Source: Octopus sinensis
Lineage: Eukaryota
DNA length: 64,000 nucleotides
Direction of reading: 5' to 3'
Assembly: GCF_006345805.1 (NCBI RefSeq)
Contig: NC_043004.1
Location: 43,028,001-43,092,000 of the forward strand
Shown here: positions 1-13,699 of the stretch, in pieces
How the letters are laid out: each line of letters opens with the position of its first letter
How positions within the stretch are numbered: position 1 is the stretch's first letter
Made by a program: the position numbers and the translations under genes
Notes under the pieces: model-generated
Told to the model about the DNA's origin: nothing
The model's database searches: none
What the model saw: the letters and a program-made list of their open reading frames with translations, nothing else

Positions 1-104
1 TAATAATAATAATATAATAATAATAATATATAATAATAATAATAATAATGATAATAATGATAATAATAATAATAATAATAATAATAGTAATAATAATAAT
101 AATG

Positions 105-164
<60 letters not shown>

Positions 165-191
165 TAATAATAATAATGATGATGATAAGAA

Positions 192-253
<62 letters not shown>

Positions 254-313
254 AGAAGAAGAAGAAGAAGAAGAAGAAGAAGAAGAAGAAGAAGAAGAAG
301 AAGAAGAAGAAGA
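1..313. repeat. (TAA)n then (GAA)n microsatellites
   Basis: Visible directly: TAA-rich 1-186, GAA 187-313. Confidence 0.97.
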
Positions 314-363
314 ACGTTGAAAAAGACATAGGAATGAGAACCTAAGTTCGAAATTTCCCCAAG

Positions 364-408
364 ACATCTGATGACGGCTGGAGGGTATATCCGCCGAAAC
401 ATTTTCTT
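364..408 (+). ncRNA. Degenerate type-I hammerhead ribozyme (canonical C3-G8 core) in a PLE-type pLTR fragment
   Basis: acat CTGATGA c ggctg gagggtatat ccgcc GAAA ca TT; stems I and III are eroded. Confidence 0.6.
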
Positions 409-464
409 AACAACAAACAAGATAATGACAAGTGTCTGTCAAATGTAAATAATGTACAACACTC

Positions 465-925
465 TTAAGTACAAAATAGATCGGCTATGGAAAACGAAGA
501 AAGTGAAGTTCGTGCGAATTATTGTTGGTTCCTTGGGAACAGCCTCGGAAGGCATCAAATGGATTTTAAATGAAATTCGAATAGAGTACCCAGTAGAACT
601 GTTACATAAGATTTGAATCTCGCAGATATATTAATGAACGATTGGAAAAAAGAAAACACTTGCTTACTGATAGACATAGCTATCCATTCTGATCAAATTA
701 TTGTCCAAAAAAGCGAAGAAATTGTCCAAGTACAAAGAACTCGAACCTGAAGCATTGAAGATGTAGGACACGATGTTAAAAACAATACCAGTAATAATTG
801 GAGCGTTCAGCATGATAAAAAATCAAATGAACAAAAACGTAAAATTTATATCTGGATCTTCACTGTACAAACTATCCCCAATATAGCCCTGCGAGAAACA
901 GCCCTCATCCTCCGTATAACGTTGG
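465..925 (+). pseudogene. Two degenerate C-terminal fragments of RLE-type (R4/Dong-like) LINEs
   Basis: Broken frames read RLWKTKKVKFVRIIVGSLG and KKENTCLLIDIAIHSD..KLSKYKEL..KTIPVIIGAFSMIK, homologous to the C-terminus at 4353-4700. Confidence 0.65.
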
Positions 926-2744
926 TTTCCCCCTAGGAGTTCATTACTTGTCTGGACTCAGTCATTCTATCTTCCGATTTCTCGTCAGTGATCATGTTGT
1001 GTCCGATAATTACCAGTGTGAAGCGAGGATAACCTTTCAGAACATGTGGTATCTATGCACCGAGATTTTGGAATTTAGCCATTCAGAGAGATCGAAAGGT
1101 GGCGGTACCATGAGGGCGTCCCATCTAACCCTTCAATTGATCTTGTCGTCTGGAATGTAGAGACTCTGTAAGGATTAATCCCTCTTCCATACAGTGTAAA
1201 ATTATTTACGTGCAGCTCTTCCAGTAACCGCGACCTTGTTCTACACTGTATAGATGTTTCGAGCGGCTTTGATAACTTTGGTAGTTTTGGAACTCTGAAT
1301 CAAATGGCAGCAAAGCAAATGTTTCAAATTTCCATTTGTTTCTACTCAGTACACATTTGCAATACGTAAAACAAAACTTGGACTGAAAATATAGAACTAC
1401 AGAAAACTATAAAAGACTGCAAGGAATATATTTAATTCAATGCAAATGATATGTTTCGAGATGGACAAAGTTCGTGTTGTAAGCAGGAAAAATGGAATGT
1501 ACTTTTCGAACCCTGAATAACAGAAAATATCGACTGGTTATGATTGAGCTGTCCAAATACGAAAATGCCAAAAAATGTTATGCTGCAATAAAGTTAGTTG
1601 TCTATGTAATGCAAAAGTGATAACATGGCAGGAGAAAATTATTAGCTTGTTTAATAAAAATAAAGCTGTTTTCTTCTGGTTATACATTAATAATATATGG
1701 GCAGTATACCTTCGAAGTATAAAGCAAACTTAAAGACGTAAACAAAATTTCATTAATAAAATCTTCGCAAAAAATCACAAAACAACCTTGCTTCCAAACT
1801 TTATGAGATGTTAAGATTGTTTTTTCTTAGATTCATCGGAGAAGATATTTGAATGATCAGTTATAAGAAAATAACCCTGAAAATTATAAGATGTAAATAT
1901 ATGATAAAAAATGAATGTTAATATATTCTTTGATCAATGCTTTTCATAAAATTAAACGGTAGAGATATGGAAACAGAAAATGTCATGGTAGGTATATATT
2001 AAATAAAAACTCGATAAGAAATATTACTTCCGAATTCTTGATATTCATTATAAAAAGAAAAAAAAATCATCGCAAATGTTCATGATGTATTTCGTTGGAA
2101 ATCTATTTTTTTTGCTTATGTATTTGATCAGCAAAAACCTAGCCTTATATCATTTTCTTTTGTAGTGCTTCCTATAAAACTAAATCCATCGCATTAAATA
2201 TTCTGTTTGAAGATTATTGCTGTATTTTACCTTCCTTATATTTATATGTTCTACTTACTACCTATCTCTCTTAAATTCACCCGATTTTTATCTACGCATT
2301 TTATTCCCCATATATTTAATAGGATCAGTTACATATGTTTTATTGCTATCGGATAATCAAGTGCACCAATTATTATCACTAAAAGTAGGAAAACGTAGTT
2401 ATGATTTTCTCACGTCCAATTAATAGAGTTTTTGCAGAGTATATATGGAAAGATTGCACTCGTCTAATTAATGGTACATATATCAATAAGAAAGAATCTA
2501 TGGTGTAACGGCGGCAAAAAGTGTTATAAGAAGGCCAGGTTTCGTGAAAATTCTGCATTCTGCACTACGATAAACTTGACATGAACAGCAAAGCCACATT
2601 GTCAATTATTATTTTTGTCAGATAACATTCTAGTGATAAAAACAAAGCTCAGCCATAGAATAAACTCAATGTTTATAGACTACCATATAGGCCTTACTTC
2701 GGATTAGCATTAATCCAAATAAGGTGGTGATCTGTTATAATTGT

Positions 2745-2932
2745 TAGCTCACCGGACAAAATGCTTGGCGGCATTTCGTCGTGTACGTTCTGAGTTCAAA
2801 TTCCGCCGAGGTCGCCTTTCCTTTTAATCCTTTCAAGGTCGATTAAATAAATACTAGCAGAATACTGACGTCGATGTAATCGAATTACCCTCCCCGAATT
2901 TCCTAGACTTGTGCCAAAATTTGAGACCAATA
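2745..2932 (+). mobile_element. tRNA-derived SINE, 5'-truncated
   Basis: B-box-like gagttcaaattcc; body aligns by eye to 40877-41094. Confidence 0.7.
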
Positions 2933-3371
2933 TCAGTACAAATACTTATTACAACACCATTTTTCTAATAAGAAATATCACCTAAGCTATTAAAGAGGAG
3001 CAAATATGAAATATCTATAATGTTTGGCATGCTCGAATTCATGCAGCTGTGTTGTTATGCATAAACCACCATTTTGTTTTGTATTGCAGATTGGGTTATA
3101 TATTTGCGAGGCGATATTTGCCTGTTGACTGTTCTGGAATGAGTGAGATCGATTGAATCTACCTTCAATGTTCTTTTTGAGATCAACCAGTAATTAGTAT
3201 ACTGTAGCAAGATGGATTGAATGCTTTTCTTCCATGAAAGAACAAAGCATTTACTATCCTAAGCAATGCGGTGATATGAGATGTTATCGCTATCGAATTC
3301 ACTGAGACTGCAACCCCTTCAGCTTGAAGGACAGTATACTATATATATATATATTTATATATATATATATA

Positions 3372-3664
3372 TTAGAAGAAATGAGGTAATCAGAAGATCG
3401 GATGGTTCATATTTATAGATATTTATATATTACATTTTTTACATATATATATCATATCATTCAGATCATATCATTCAGATTATTAGCGCTTTCTCCCATT
3501 CTAGTGGGGATTTCAAATCAAAATATTTTTTTTTTTTGATTTGAAAACCCCACTAGAATGGGAGAAAGCGCTAATAATCTGAATATGATGTAAAAAATGT
3601 AATATATAAATAAATATCTATAAATATGAACCATCTGATCTTCTGATTACCTCATTTCTTCTAA
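3372..3664. mobile_element. Fold-back PLE-derived mini-element in (TA)n
   Basis: ttagaagaaatgaggtaatcagaagatc is reverse-complemented at 3637-3664; T-rich centre; HHR-like motif in each arm. Confidence 0.8.
3535..3580 (+). ncRNA. HHR-like motif, U3-A8 core
   Basis: tgat TTGAAAA cccca ctagaa tggga GAAA gcgc TA; palindromic stem III AGCGCU; weak stem I. Antisense copy at ~3481-3525. Confidence 0.5.
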
Positions 3665-3695
3665 TATATAATACCTGTACATCATCTCCAAACCT

Positions 3696-3796
<101 letters not shown>

Positions 3797-3927
3797 TATA
3801 TACATGTATATATATGTATGTGTGTATGTGTGTGCGTGCGTGTGTGTGTACATATATATGTGTGTGCGCCTCTGTGTGTGTATGTACATACATACATACA
3901 TATATGTATATATATATATATATATAC

Positions 3928-4149
3928 TACGGAGATGTACGTGCATAGCAAGTGATTTGATCTGAGATCGTGTGCTGAAACGAAAACAATTGCAGCGTGG
4001 GAGGTGTTTGTAAGCCATTTAAGAAACACACAAAAGCCGTTCGATTCACTTCAACAGTTAAGTTTAATTCGTCAAAACATTATTTTCGTCGTTTAAGACC
4101 CCGACCTGTTCACTGACAAAAATCCGTGATGCAGCACGGATTTTTGTCA

Positions 4150-4150
<1 letters not shown>
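3928..4150 (-). mobile_element. PLE-derived mini-element, same family as 49565-49907
   Basis: Near-identical to 49565-49780; ends in the hairpin ctgacaaaaatccgtg-atgcag-cacggatttttgtcag. Confidence 0.8.
4068..4120 (-). ncRNA. HHR motif, G3-C8 core (diverged copy)
   Basis: Minus strand: tttgtca GTGAACA g gtcgg ggtcttaa acgac GAAA ataatgt TT tgacgaa. Confidence 0.6.
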
Positions 4151-4184
<34 letters not shown>

Positions 4185-5476
4185 TTTTTTTTTCTTCTTT
4201 CAAATGTGCTTCCATTTCTTGCCGAGTGTCTTCCCGACTCCTAGGGCAAAGAAACTCATAGTATACATTGGTAGGCCATTAAACCAAACTCAGTAGTTAG
4301 TTAATTTTTTTTTTTTTTAAGTTAAATTAAAATACATGAGCAGCAACAGTTCTCACATCGACAATGCTCTTCTCAATACGTGTGATGTACCAGTTAAGAC
4401 AATCTTTTGCACTTCTTGCAGGGATGGTAAGCCAGGGATCATTCTCATATAATTTTCGGTTCCCTTCTTGATCATTCCTAGTGCTCCTACGATCACTGGT
4501 ATTGTAACCGCCTTGAGATGCCACATTTTCTCAATTTCAATGAGTATGTCTTTCTATTTTCTGAGCTTTTCAAACTCTTTCGCTGAGATATTATGATCAC
4601 AGGGGATGCTCATGTCGATCAATAAGCAAACTTTATTGTTTTGGTCTTTCACAACAATATCTGGTTTATTGGCCTTGATGGTTCGGTCTGTATGTACTGG
4701 AAAGTCCCACAGAATGGTTACATTTTCTCCTTCAGTTACAGCCTCAGGGTGGTGATTATACCACTTGTCGGCAGTTTTGATATTGTAATGCCGACTTATT
4801 AGCCAGTGGAGATATTGGCCAACTCTGTCATGTCTTAATTTATACTCCACTGGTGCTAAGACTTTACATCCAGAGATTAGGTGGTCTACTGTTTCAATCA
4901 TGTTGCAGAATCGGCATTTTGGGTGTGCTCCATTTTTGATCACATTGGCCTGGTAGTTCCGAGTTAATAGGCTTTGATCTTGAGCAGCCAGGATGAAACC
5001 TTCGCTCTCTGCTTTTAGCCCTGAGCTCCGTAGCCACTGATAGGTTTGCTTCTGGTCAACATCAGCTTGTTTGCTGCGGGTCACATATTTGCCGTGCAGA
5101 GGTTTCTCCTCCCACCTATCAGCCAATTGCTCGTGCGCTTTTTTCATTGCCATCATTTTCACCTTCTTTGCAACAATAGTTGCCGTACTTCCCTCGGGTT
5201 GTTCAGTTTGGGTATCCTGCACGAGATCAATAGCAAATTTTTTGCTTTCCTTTATGATAGAATGAAGCTTCTTTCGTCTCTCGTGATTTTCCACGAGCTT
5301 TAGCATCCAGTCATTCGATATTTCGAGATATATGGCCAGTCCAATTGTGGTTGTTTTGTAAGCTAGTTCAAATTGGATCAGGCCTCGACCTCCTTGGGCT
5401 CTGGGAAGGTAAAGGCGATATACGTCTGCCTTTGGGTGGTGCATCCTATTACAATTCAGCAGCTTGCGTATTTTTC

Positions 5477-5541
<65 letters not shown>
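4151..5541 (-). mobile_element. 5'-truncated R4/Dong-like non-LTR retrotransposon flanked by (TAA)n
   Basis: RT C-terminus, CCHC knuckle, restriction-like endonuclease and 3'UTR; (TTA)n at 4151-4182 and 5478-5541. Confidence 0.85.
4353..5444 (-). pseudogene. RT thumb, CCHC zinc knuckle and RLE endonuclease, interrupted at ~4554
   Basis: LYLPRAQGGRGL; CRFCNMIETVDHLISGC; RHD; KPDIVV..LIDMSIP..EKLRK. After the stop the homology continues KDILIEIEKMWHLKAVTIPVIVGALG..VLRRALSM*. Confidence 0.9.
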
Positions 5542-5542
<1 letters not shown>

Positions 5543-5664
5543 CAGTTGGGGTACGTAGCCCGCACTCATAACCACTACGTCAAATGTAAATATATATATA
5601 TTATATATATATATATATAAAATATATTATGACGGAATTATATTCCAAACTTACAAGGAAAAGT

Positions 5665-5796
5665 TCAATAATGAAAAATTAAATTATACCATTTAGAATA
5701 ATTATATCTAATAGAAAGATTAAATATGATAGAGCATATAAAACATATGATAATGATTAAGTAACGGGAAAAATGATAAATAAAACGTATATATAC

Positions 5797-5854
<58 letters not shown>

Positions 5855-5973
5855 AACGTTTTATTTATTATTGTGCACGTTACTTAATCATTGTTATATG
5901 TTTTATCGTATATTTAATGTTTCTATAAGATGTAATTTTTCTAAATACTATAATTTAATTATTCATTATTGAA
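5665..5973. repeat. Imperfect inverted repeat around a (TA)n centre
   Basis: aaaacatatgataatgattaagtaacg..ataaataaaacgt versus acgttttatttatt..cgttacttaatcattgttatatgtttt. Confidence 0.7.
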
Positions 5974-5998
5974 TTGATAAATGGTATTTTATCCTATT

Positions 5999-6091
<93 letters not shown>

Positions 6092-6130
6092 CATACATAC
6101 ATTTATATTTATATTTATATTTATATTCCC

Positions 6131-6174
6131 ATGTCTGATAAGCCAAGTCGGTTCCCTTGAGGAAACTATGACAT
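6131..6174 (+). ncRNA. Degenerate HHR relic
   Basis: atgt CTGATAA gccaag tcggttcc cttgag GAAA cta TG acat; stem I atgt/acat is intact, core is mutated. Confidence 0.4.
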
Positions 6175-6479
6175 CTTTTAAGTGTGATGAGTGTTTTTTT
6201 TTCGTTTTCATTTCCCTTCTATCTTTCTTTCGTTAGACATTTCCTTTCGTTGTGTCTTGGGCCTATAGTGGAACGTGGAGTACGTGTTAGAATATATCCT
6301 TGGGCTACTTTACGTATACATTGTATATTTTATCGGTACATGTGAATCTTTGCTGAACGCGAAGGACAAATCCATATTTACTTTAGGCAATACGCGTGTG
6401 TAAATTGATCTTATTCGTTTCTGAAAACTTTATATTCAGCAAACTATTTATCATCATATTCTATTGTCTGCTGCACTCC

Positions 6480-7040
6480 TTGTGCCAGAAGCTCAATTTC
6501 GCTCTTATTACGTTTGACTCGCTTAGAGTAAAAAAACGTCTTGCACGCATTTTCAGTTTCGTTCCCATTGTTTAACCCCTCTCCCTACAGCAAATGTGCC
6601 ATGGCCCGGAAACTGTGGTAATGTTACGGTGCAAAATCTGGCAGGGTGAGGTAACACTTCCAGCCCCTCATGCTCCTCAAATTTGTGCTTTATCCCATTG
6701 GCATTGTCTCCTGGGCTATTGTCCTGCTGCAGAAGTGCGAGCTGATAGAGGTGTCGACTGAGAGTGGTTTGTGAAGGTCCAAGATGTGCCTACAGAATAT
6801 GAGTGATTGTGCTTGTCTGGTCAACTATTTCAAACATAGATCATCACAACACATTCTGTCCCTGACCTAGGCTCATCTTCAAGGCTGGTGACACCTTCAG
6901 TGAAACCAATTATGTGCCACATGTTATTTGACACTTCCTGGACCTTCCTAATTATATATATATTTTGCTGCTGCCCTTGAACAAAATACTTTCTGTCCAC
7001 ATGAAGCTTAAAATGACTCAGATTGAACATTTTTCAAAAC
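6480..7040 (-). pseudogene. mariner transposase relic
   Basis: GVTSLEDEPRSG; LLQQDN; GLEVLPHP (cf. WEVLPHPPYSPDL). Confidence 0.55.
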
Positions 7041-7807
7041 TCATTGTTAAATTTGTAAAATAAAGAATAAATTATTAATGCTTATGCTTCATAACAAAAT
7101 AAAATAACAGGCTAAATTGCCAGGATAGGCCATTGCATCAATAAAGGTAACATCGAATCAAATGCTTTTGTTCGACAATGCATCACGGCCATAAGCAATA
7201 TCACCAATACTGAGAAGCAAGTAGAGGAGTGGCTAATGAGGATTAAAACATTAAGATATGTAAAATGCTTACAGCCATTAGAATGCGAGAAAAAGAGTGA
7301 AAGGTGGCTGTGTGCTGGATGATATAGGTAATGGACAGAGAGCAAGTAATGCAAGAAATGTAGACGACCCCAAAAATATACAATGCCTAACGCTAAGCTA
7401 CTTACCACATTCACCGAACATGGCTGTAATCACTGACCGTCAGACCAATCATTTATCTAATTATGTTATTTACCATACAATAAACTATGTTTCACCATCA
7501 ACATTGAGTAGACCTACTCAAAATGGCTTATGCCAGTGTCATATGTTAGTCTATAAATTATTACATTCTTATTAGGCATCTTACCTTTTTTTGAAAAGGT
7601 CGTAAGCCAAAGTAAATTCACAGCTTGAAAATACAAATACAGACTTTACGTAATTTAATTTACCTTGAAATCTTGCAGCAATTTGGAATTATGTACTGTA
7701 GGACGCACGTTATCCTTTTTATCCATAGTATAATACATGACAATCGTTGACATTGCTTCACAAAACATAGTACATTTTTAAAGCATGTTAGCACCAATAT
7801 TTTAACA

Positions 7808-7880
<73 letters not shown>

Positions 7881-7919
7881 AAATATTAGGGAATAAAACC
7901 AAACTTACAGGGAAAAATC

Positions 7920-7952
<33 letters not shown>

Positions 7953-10434
7953 CATATATATGAGCATACACACGCACATACATATCACTGCGAAAAGACC
8001 TGGTGTCTCCCTTGCCTATGACTTACTTTACAGGTGTTTTAACAGCAGGCTCATTGAGAACATATTCTCTATTGCCTAAAAACGTAACCGACACATGTAC
8101 TAACAACACACACCTTGTACGTATGTGTTCGTTTTTGCTTATATATGCATATACATACACAAATAGCTAATATACGTGTATGTGCATGTGTATGTATGTT
8201 TGTGTATATAAAAATGTCTTTGGCGTTAATAAACCTGCACAATTCTCGAAACCTACATCTGGTAGAATATATTGAGATATAAAGTAATTTACAGAGAGCT
8301 CCACTACTGAAGTATCTTCCGAATTTTCAGAGAATTGTCTTTTACACTTCGGAGCAACTCAGTTCTAAGTACAATTATTCTGGAAATACATCTGATTGCA
8401 TAGAATAATATGTATCTCTTAAACAATATTTCGCAATACAACGTTAAATAAATATAAATCGTAAAAAACATACGTGTATTTTGTTTCTGAATCTTAATAT
8501 TATAACATCATATATTTTCTACATACATGTTTGTTAATCACACCATTCTTGTATTACACATCAAGTACACTTACTATTCCCATTTCATTAACGGGTGTTT
8601 TCTCTCAGATTTTAAGCTCTGGGTCTTGGAAGTTGCTGATTCATATCTATAACGGTTTATTATTTGTTTCTCTGTTATTCAATGAAACTCATTTAGTGTA
8701 TTACCAACAAGCCTATTATTCCCTAACTGCATCAAACCCGTGATGACATTTCCGATACTGTATATTAAAACTGTAGCCAAATAGTATCTATAAACAAGCT
8801 ATATTAATTGTCATATCATCCTCATTTCTATTCAATCGTAAGAAGTAATAGTATGAATTATCTTCTATGTGGGCTGTCAAATTGATATACAATCAACCGT
8901 AAGCATTGAAAATTGAACTGATGAAGTTAACGCTACACGTAAATACAGATTGAGTTACAAGCTAACCGAATCTATCCAATTTGGAGAAAGTGTATTCTGA
9001 GTATATTTTAAATGTGTTCTTACAGCATTTACAGAAATTCTTGAAGAGATTATGTGGCATATTCATTGTATTGATTATTTGGCTAAATATTTTTATCAAT
9101 GATATCTCAAATGAATTCACATGTTCATGTTTTTATGCGTCGTGTTTCGTATTGTTATTGAAAACGTGTTATTATTGCCTCGCGAACATATTTCACGCTA
9201 TGATATACATTTCTTGTTAGAATAGATACTAAACATATTATTTGAAGTAAATTCCTTTCTAAGTTTTGGAGAAGCAATGTCGACAACCAGATAAATGCCC
9301 CTTCATTTGTTACTGCAATGTAATACAGTTTGACTGATCGAATGACTACGACATTGAGTCTACTTACTTATGCAGGAACTATACTTGGAACACAACTGTA
9401 ACGAGCATATGTTTTCTGACATTTATATTCTCAGAATATTATATTTACATTAGCAAAAGTAGAAGCATGTTTTACTTACTAGTGTGGATATTGTTACAAA
9501 TTTACATGGAAATATCAATAAATAATATCTTATATTATGTAACTCAATATATCTGACAGTTAATAATTATTATATGAAAACCAATTATACTAATATTTAA
9601 ATTAAAAACGTGGTATTCTAAAATAGTATTCAAATCAATTAACAGAAGATGGTATAAACATAAAATAGATTAATGGAAGATTAATGATAAATGTTTCATT
9701 TCTTCAAATTTTTAAACAACAACATAGAATATTTACAATTAAGTATAACATAGTTTATATTACATCATTTTACTTGAGTTGCATTTCCTCATTTAATTTA
9801 CCTCTTCTTTGCACGACAATATTACAGATGAATAAAACAGACAAAAACCAACAAGAAACAGAATACTTCATCGAGATAATACTAAAAATAGCATGAATGT
9901 GATTCGCTTATAAACATATATTATTATGGAAAACTACCGCTGAATTCGTGAAACAAAATACTGAATATGATAGGACTTGCTTTCAATGTCGAAAGAATTC
10001 ATTGATGTGTAAATATGTATCAAGTGTTATGAAACACGTCACTGGTACTTTAATAGTCATTTTATTTGAATGTTGTAGTATTAACATTACATAATTTGTT
10101 TTGATTGTATACAATGTAATGAAAACATGTTTACCATGATTAAAAAAATATAATATAGAAGATGTATTAATAAAATGTGTTTCTGTAGGAAGTGTAAGCC
10201 GATATTGGTCACTGTAGAAATACAAATAGAAAATTGAAACTCCTGATTGATCCATCGTTTTGTTCCTGCTTATTGTTGACATAAAGAAAGTGAGTTAAGC
10301 GTTGTTTTTAAAACCCCTCACATATATCTATAAAATACGAAGCAAATTAAAGAATCTAATGCAAACTCTGCTTGCATAAATGTTATTAATTGAATTGTTA
10401 CTAGAAATGTGTTCACTCTATAACTAAGGACATA

Positions 10435-10811
10435 CACTACCGTCAGAAATTAATTAGCACCCTTGATTTGCTCTTCACTCAAGGTATGTGCTGTCACCTA
10501 GTGGCCATATCTCGAACTATTGCTTTGTTGCGAGTTCACTGTTGCGCAGAACGATGACGTAACTTTGTTTGCAGAGCAGTTTGAGAGTCTACAGCCTTAT
10601 GATGTTGACATAGCAGTGCAACAACTTGGAGTGCGGATGCAGACAAATCTTCCTTTGTTTAATAGATATAAGCAGCGCCTCGCAAGGACCGAAATCACAC
10701 CATACTAAGTTTTCTCATCGCGTAAGACGTTTTGAACAGCTCATAGGTTAATTGATTTAACCTATTTAATGTAGAAATTTGAGAAGTGCTAATTAATTTC
10801 TGACGCGAGTG
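10435..10811. mobile_element. Tc1/mariner MITE
   Basis: TIRs cactaccgtcagaaattaattagcac / gtgctaattaatttctgacgcgagtg; TA on both sides. Confidence 0.85.
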
Positions 10812-11110
10812 TATATAAAACTGAGAATGTGTGTCTGTCTGTGTGTCTCTGTGTCTCTATGTGTGCATCACTGAAATTCGAGAACTACCCAACCGATTTC
10901 ATTCAAATTTTATACATGCATTGCAGTGCTATGGGTCAAACACAATAAAAATGTTTTGCCTAATGCAAGCCTGGATGAATCTCTTGTCTCTTATACAATT
11001 TCAGTATTATGCATCAAAAGTGAAAAACTTATATCACGATTGTATTGTGAGAAAATACTTTCAGATTCAATAATTTCACTATGCATATAATTTATACATA
11101 GTGAAACTAT
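10812..11110 (+). mobile_element. Possible non-autonomous Helitron/Helentron-like (DINE-like) element
   Basis: tatataaaa head, GTCT/GT microsatellite, then aaccgatttcattcaaatttt motif. Confidence 0.4.
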
Positions 11111-11158
11111 AATCTCACATATATACATGCATACATACCCCACATATGTATATATATA

Positions 11159-11208
<50 letters not shown>

Positions 11209-11296
11209 CATATGTTAGTTAGTTAGTTAGTTAATTGGCTCAAAATCAAATAGCAAGGCCATGTAGGGGGACATGGAGTTAAGTACAGGGTGGTGT

Positions 11297-12406
11297 TCAT
11301 GTAAAGAGTTCAGGCCACTTGAGGTCAAGGGAGGCTTTGAACAAAGCGGTCGTCGGCATCTTCACCATCTCGTCTGGCAGCTTGTTCCACGGATCCGCAA
11401 CCCGGACGGAGAAAGCTCCTCTCCTTCGATTGAGATGAAATCGTCGCAGGTAGAGCTTTTCGGAATGACCCCGCAGCCGACGCTCTGGAGCAGGAGTGAA
11501 GAACAGCTCTTTCGAGAGGTTACACTTTCCGCTTATGATGTTGTGGGCGAGAATGAGATCACCACGGCGGCGGCGTTTTTCAAGAGAATAAAGGTCGAGC
11601 GTCCTTAGCCTTTCTTCATAGGACAAATTTTTGAGACCATGAACCATGCGGGTAGCCAGCTTCTGGACTCTTTCGAGATGCTGTATGTCTTTGAGGAGAT
11701 AAGTAGAAGAGGCTTGAATCCCGTACTCTAATAGGGGTCTCACCAGCGTGACATAGAGTGGTAGGAATATGGCTGCTGTGAGCATTCCGAATGACCGTCG
11801 AATCAAGAACAGAATTCCGCGTGCTTTGTTGGCAGCATGGACGCACTGGGCCGAAGGCGAAAAGGAGGAATCCACCAAGATACCCAGATACAGCATCACT
11901 ATCATCGAGGATGCGCGTCACCAATTCTTCCATTACCAGTACGTTGGTCAAGCATGATCTCTTCGGCAGAAGCCGTGTTGGGAATCAGAGATAGAGGCTG
12001 TGTTTTGGAGGTGGAGCATCATACTTTTCTTAAGGATGGTTTCGAACATCTTGCTGATTATTGATGTAAGGGAAACCGGTCGGTAGTAAAGCGGGTCTTC
12101 GCGGCTCCCTTTCTTGAAAATTGGGCAGATTATCGCTGTTTTCCAGTCCGAAGGTATAACACCCGTCGCCAATGGCATATTGAATAGACGTGTTAAGGGC
12201 TCGCAGATGACCGGAGCCAACGCTTTGATAACTCGTGGGTGTATGCCGTCAGAGCCGTGACCCTTGTTGACATCGAGGCCTTGAATAACACGTTTGACTT
12301 CGTCCCGCGTGATGACCAATCGAAGCATTGGAGGTACCGATCTATCAAATGGAGGGGGTTCACGACCATCATCTTGTTTGAAAATAGTTGAAAAAGCCTC
12401 GGCAAA
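11297..12406 (-). pseudogene. LINE ORF2 RT remnant, frameshifted, catalytic core deleted
   Basis: GSDGIHPRVIK, PIFKKGSR..YRPVSLTS, QHGF, LTNVL..ILDDSDAV joined directly to LGILVD..LVRPLLEY..LERVQ..RRRRGDLI; no KAFD, PQGS or ADD motifs. Confidence 0.9.
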
Positions 12407-13699
12407 TTATTGGCTCTGTTGATAAGGGTCCTCAATCGATACGCCTGTTGAGTCTACCAACGTTGCAATCTGGTTGTTCAAGCGGGAATTCCGTTGGACA
12501 TGGGCAAAGAAGGTTTTTGGATTGCTACTGGCATTTGCCGCGATTTTGTATTCATAACTGAAGCGCTCTTCCTTTTCAATTTTCACGGCTCGGTCTCGTT
12601 GAGTTTTGTACACCTCAAAAGCTGCAGTCGAATCCAGATTTTTGAATTCAGCCCAAGCAATATCTCTGAGTCGACGTTCTCGTTTAACCTTCTTCGTCAC
12701 CCAGGGCTTGTGTTTCTTCTTGGGAAGCCCAACGGGAACTGCCTGGTCAGTCAACCAGATTACATATGCTTCGAGGGATGACCATAGTTCGTCAACTGAG
12801 GACAACGTCATCAGGGATCGCCAGTCCAGAAGCGCGGAAGCCTCGGTTAGAATTTCAAGATTAATTGCAGAGAAGACTCTACGTGGCAGCGAAGTAGTCG
12901 TGGGCGTACAAAAAGTTGTGTGCATGACGAACTTCAGGACCGCATGATCACTCTTGGCAAGAGGGGCGCACACAGATACGTCTGACACTGATCTTGGATA
13001 GCGGGAGAATACCAGATCCAGCATAGATGGCTGCTGCCCAGACCGATGCCTTGTCGGATATTCAACATGTTGCGATAGAAAACAATCTTCAGCCACGTCA
13101 AGAAGGGCCTGGCCGAACCGGGAAGATGTTGTACAAATTGATGCGGGCCAATCGATCGTGGGAGCGTTGAAGTCTCCTAGTACCAAACAGTCATGCGAAG
13201 CTGAAACGAATCTTATCGCTTCGAGTAAATGAACATCGTCCTGGGGGTCGGCAAGAGGCGGCCTGTAGACAGCTAACACGGGCAGGCAAAACTCGGATAG
13301 GCTCAGCTTGCAATAGACGGCATCGAATTTTGTTGTAGGTTGGGCATTAGTGGGTAGAATACCGCTGGACGGTTTGTGCTCAGACTTAACATACACAGCA
13401 ACACCTCCACCTCGCCTTTTTTCTCTGTCACATCTGAAAAGGACGTAGACCTGCAGGTGGATTTCTGAGTCCTTTACTGCTGGAGTCAGCCAAGTCTCGG
13501 TGATAGCTATCACATCCGGGGAGTCACGTATGGCCAGTGTAAATAGTTCGCTGAACTTTGGAAATAAGGAGCACGAGTTGGTATAGACGATGCTGAGCTG
13601 TGAAGTTTGAGGGGCGGGAGTTGGGGAACAAGCAGAATAAGGGGTATCAGACATAGCATCGTTGACGGGGGTATCAACTTCACTTCGATTTGCCCTCAC
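12407..13699 (-). pseudogene. LINE ORF2 apurinic endonuclease domain and linker, premature stop at 12407
   Basis: YTNSCSL, IAITETWL, GGGVAVY, VYRPP, LGDFNAP, LDLVF, SDHAVL. Confidence 0.92.

Noticed and set aside
11273-12947. Plus-strand ORFs over the LINE
   Set aside because: Antisense shadows of the GC-richer ORF2 with no recognisable motifs.
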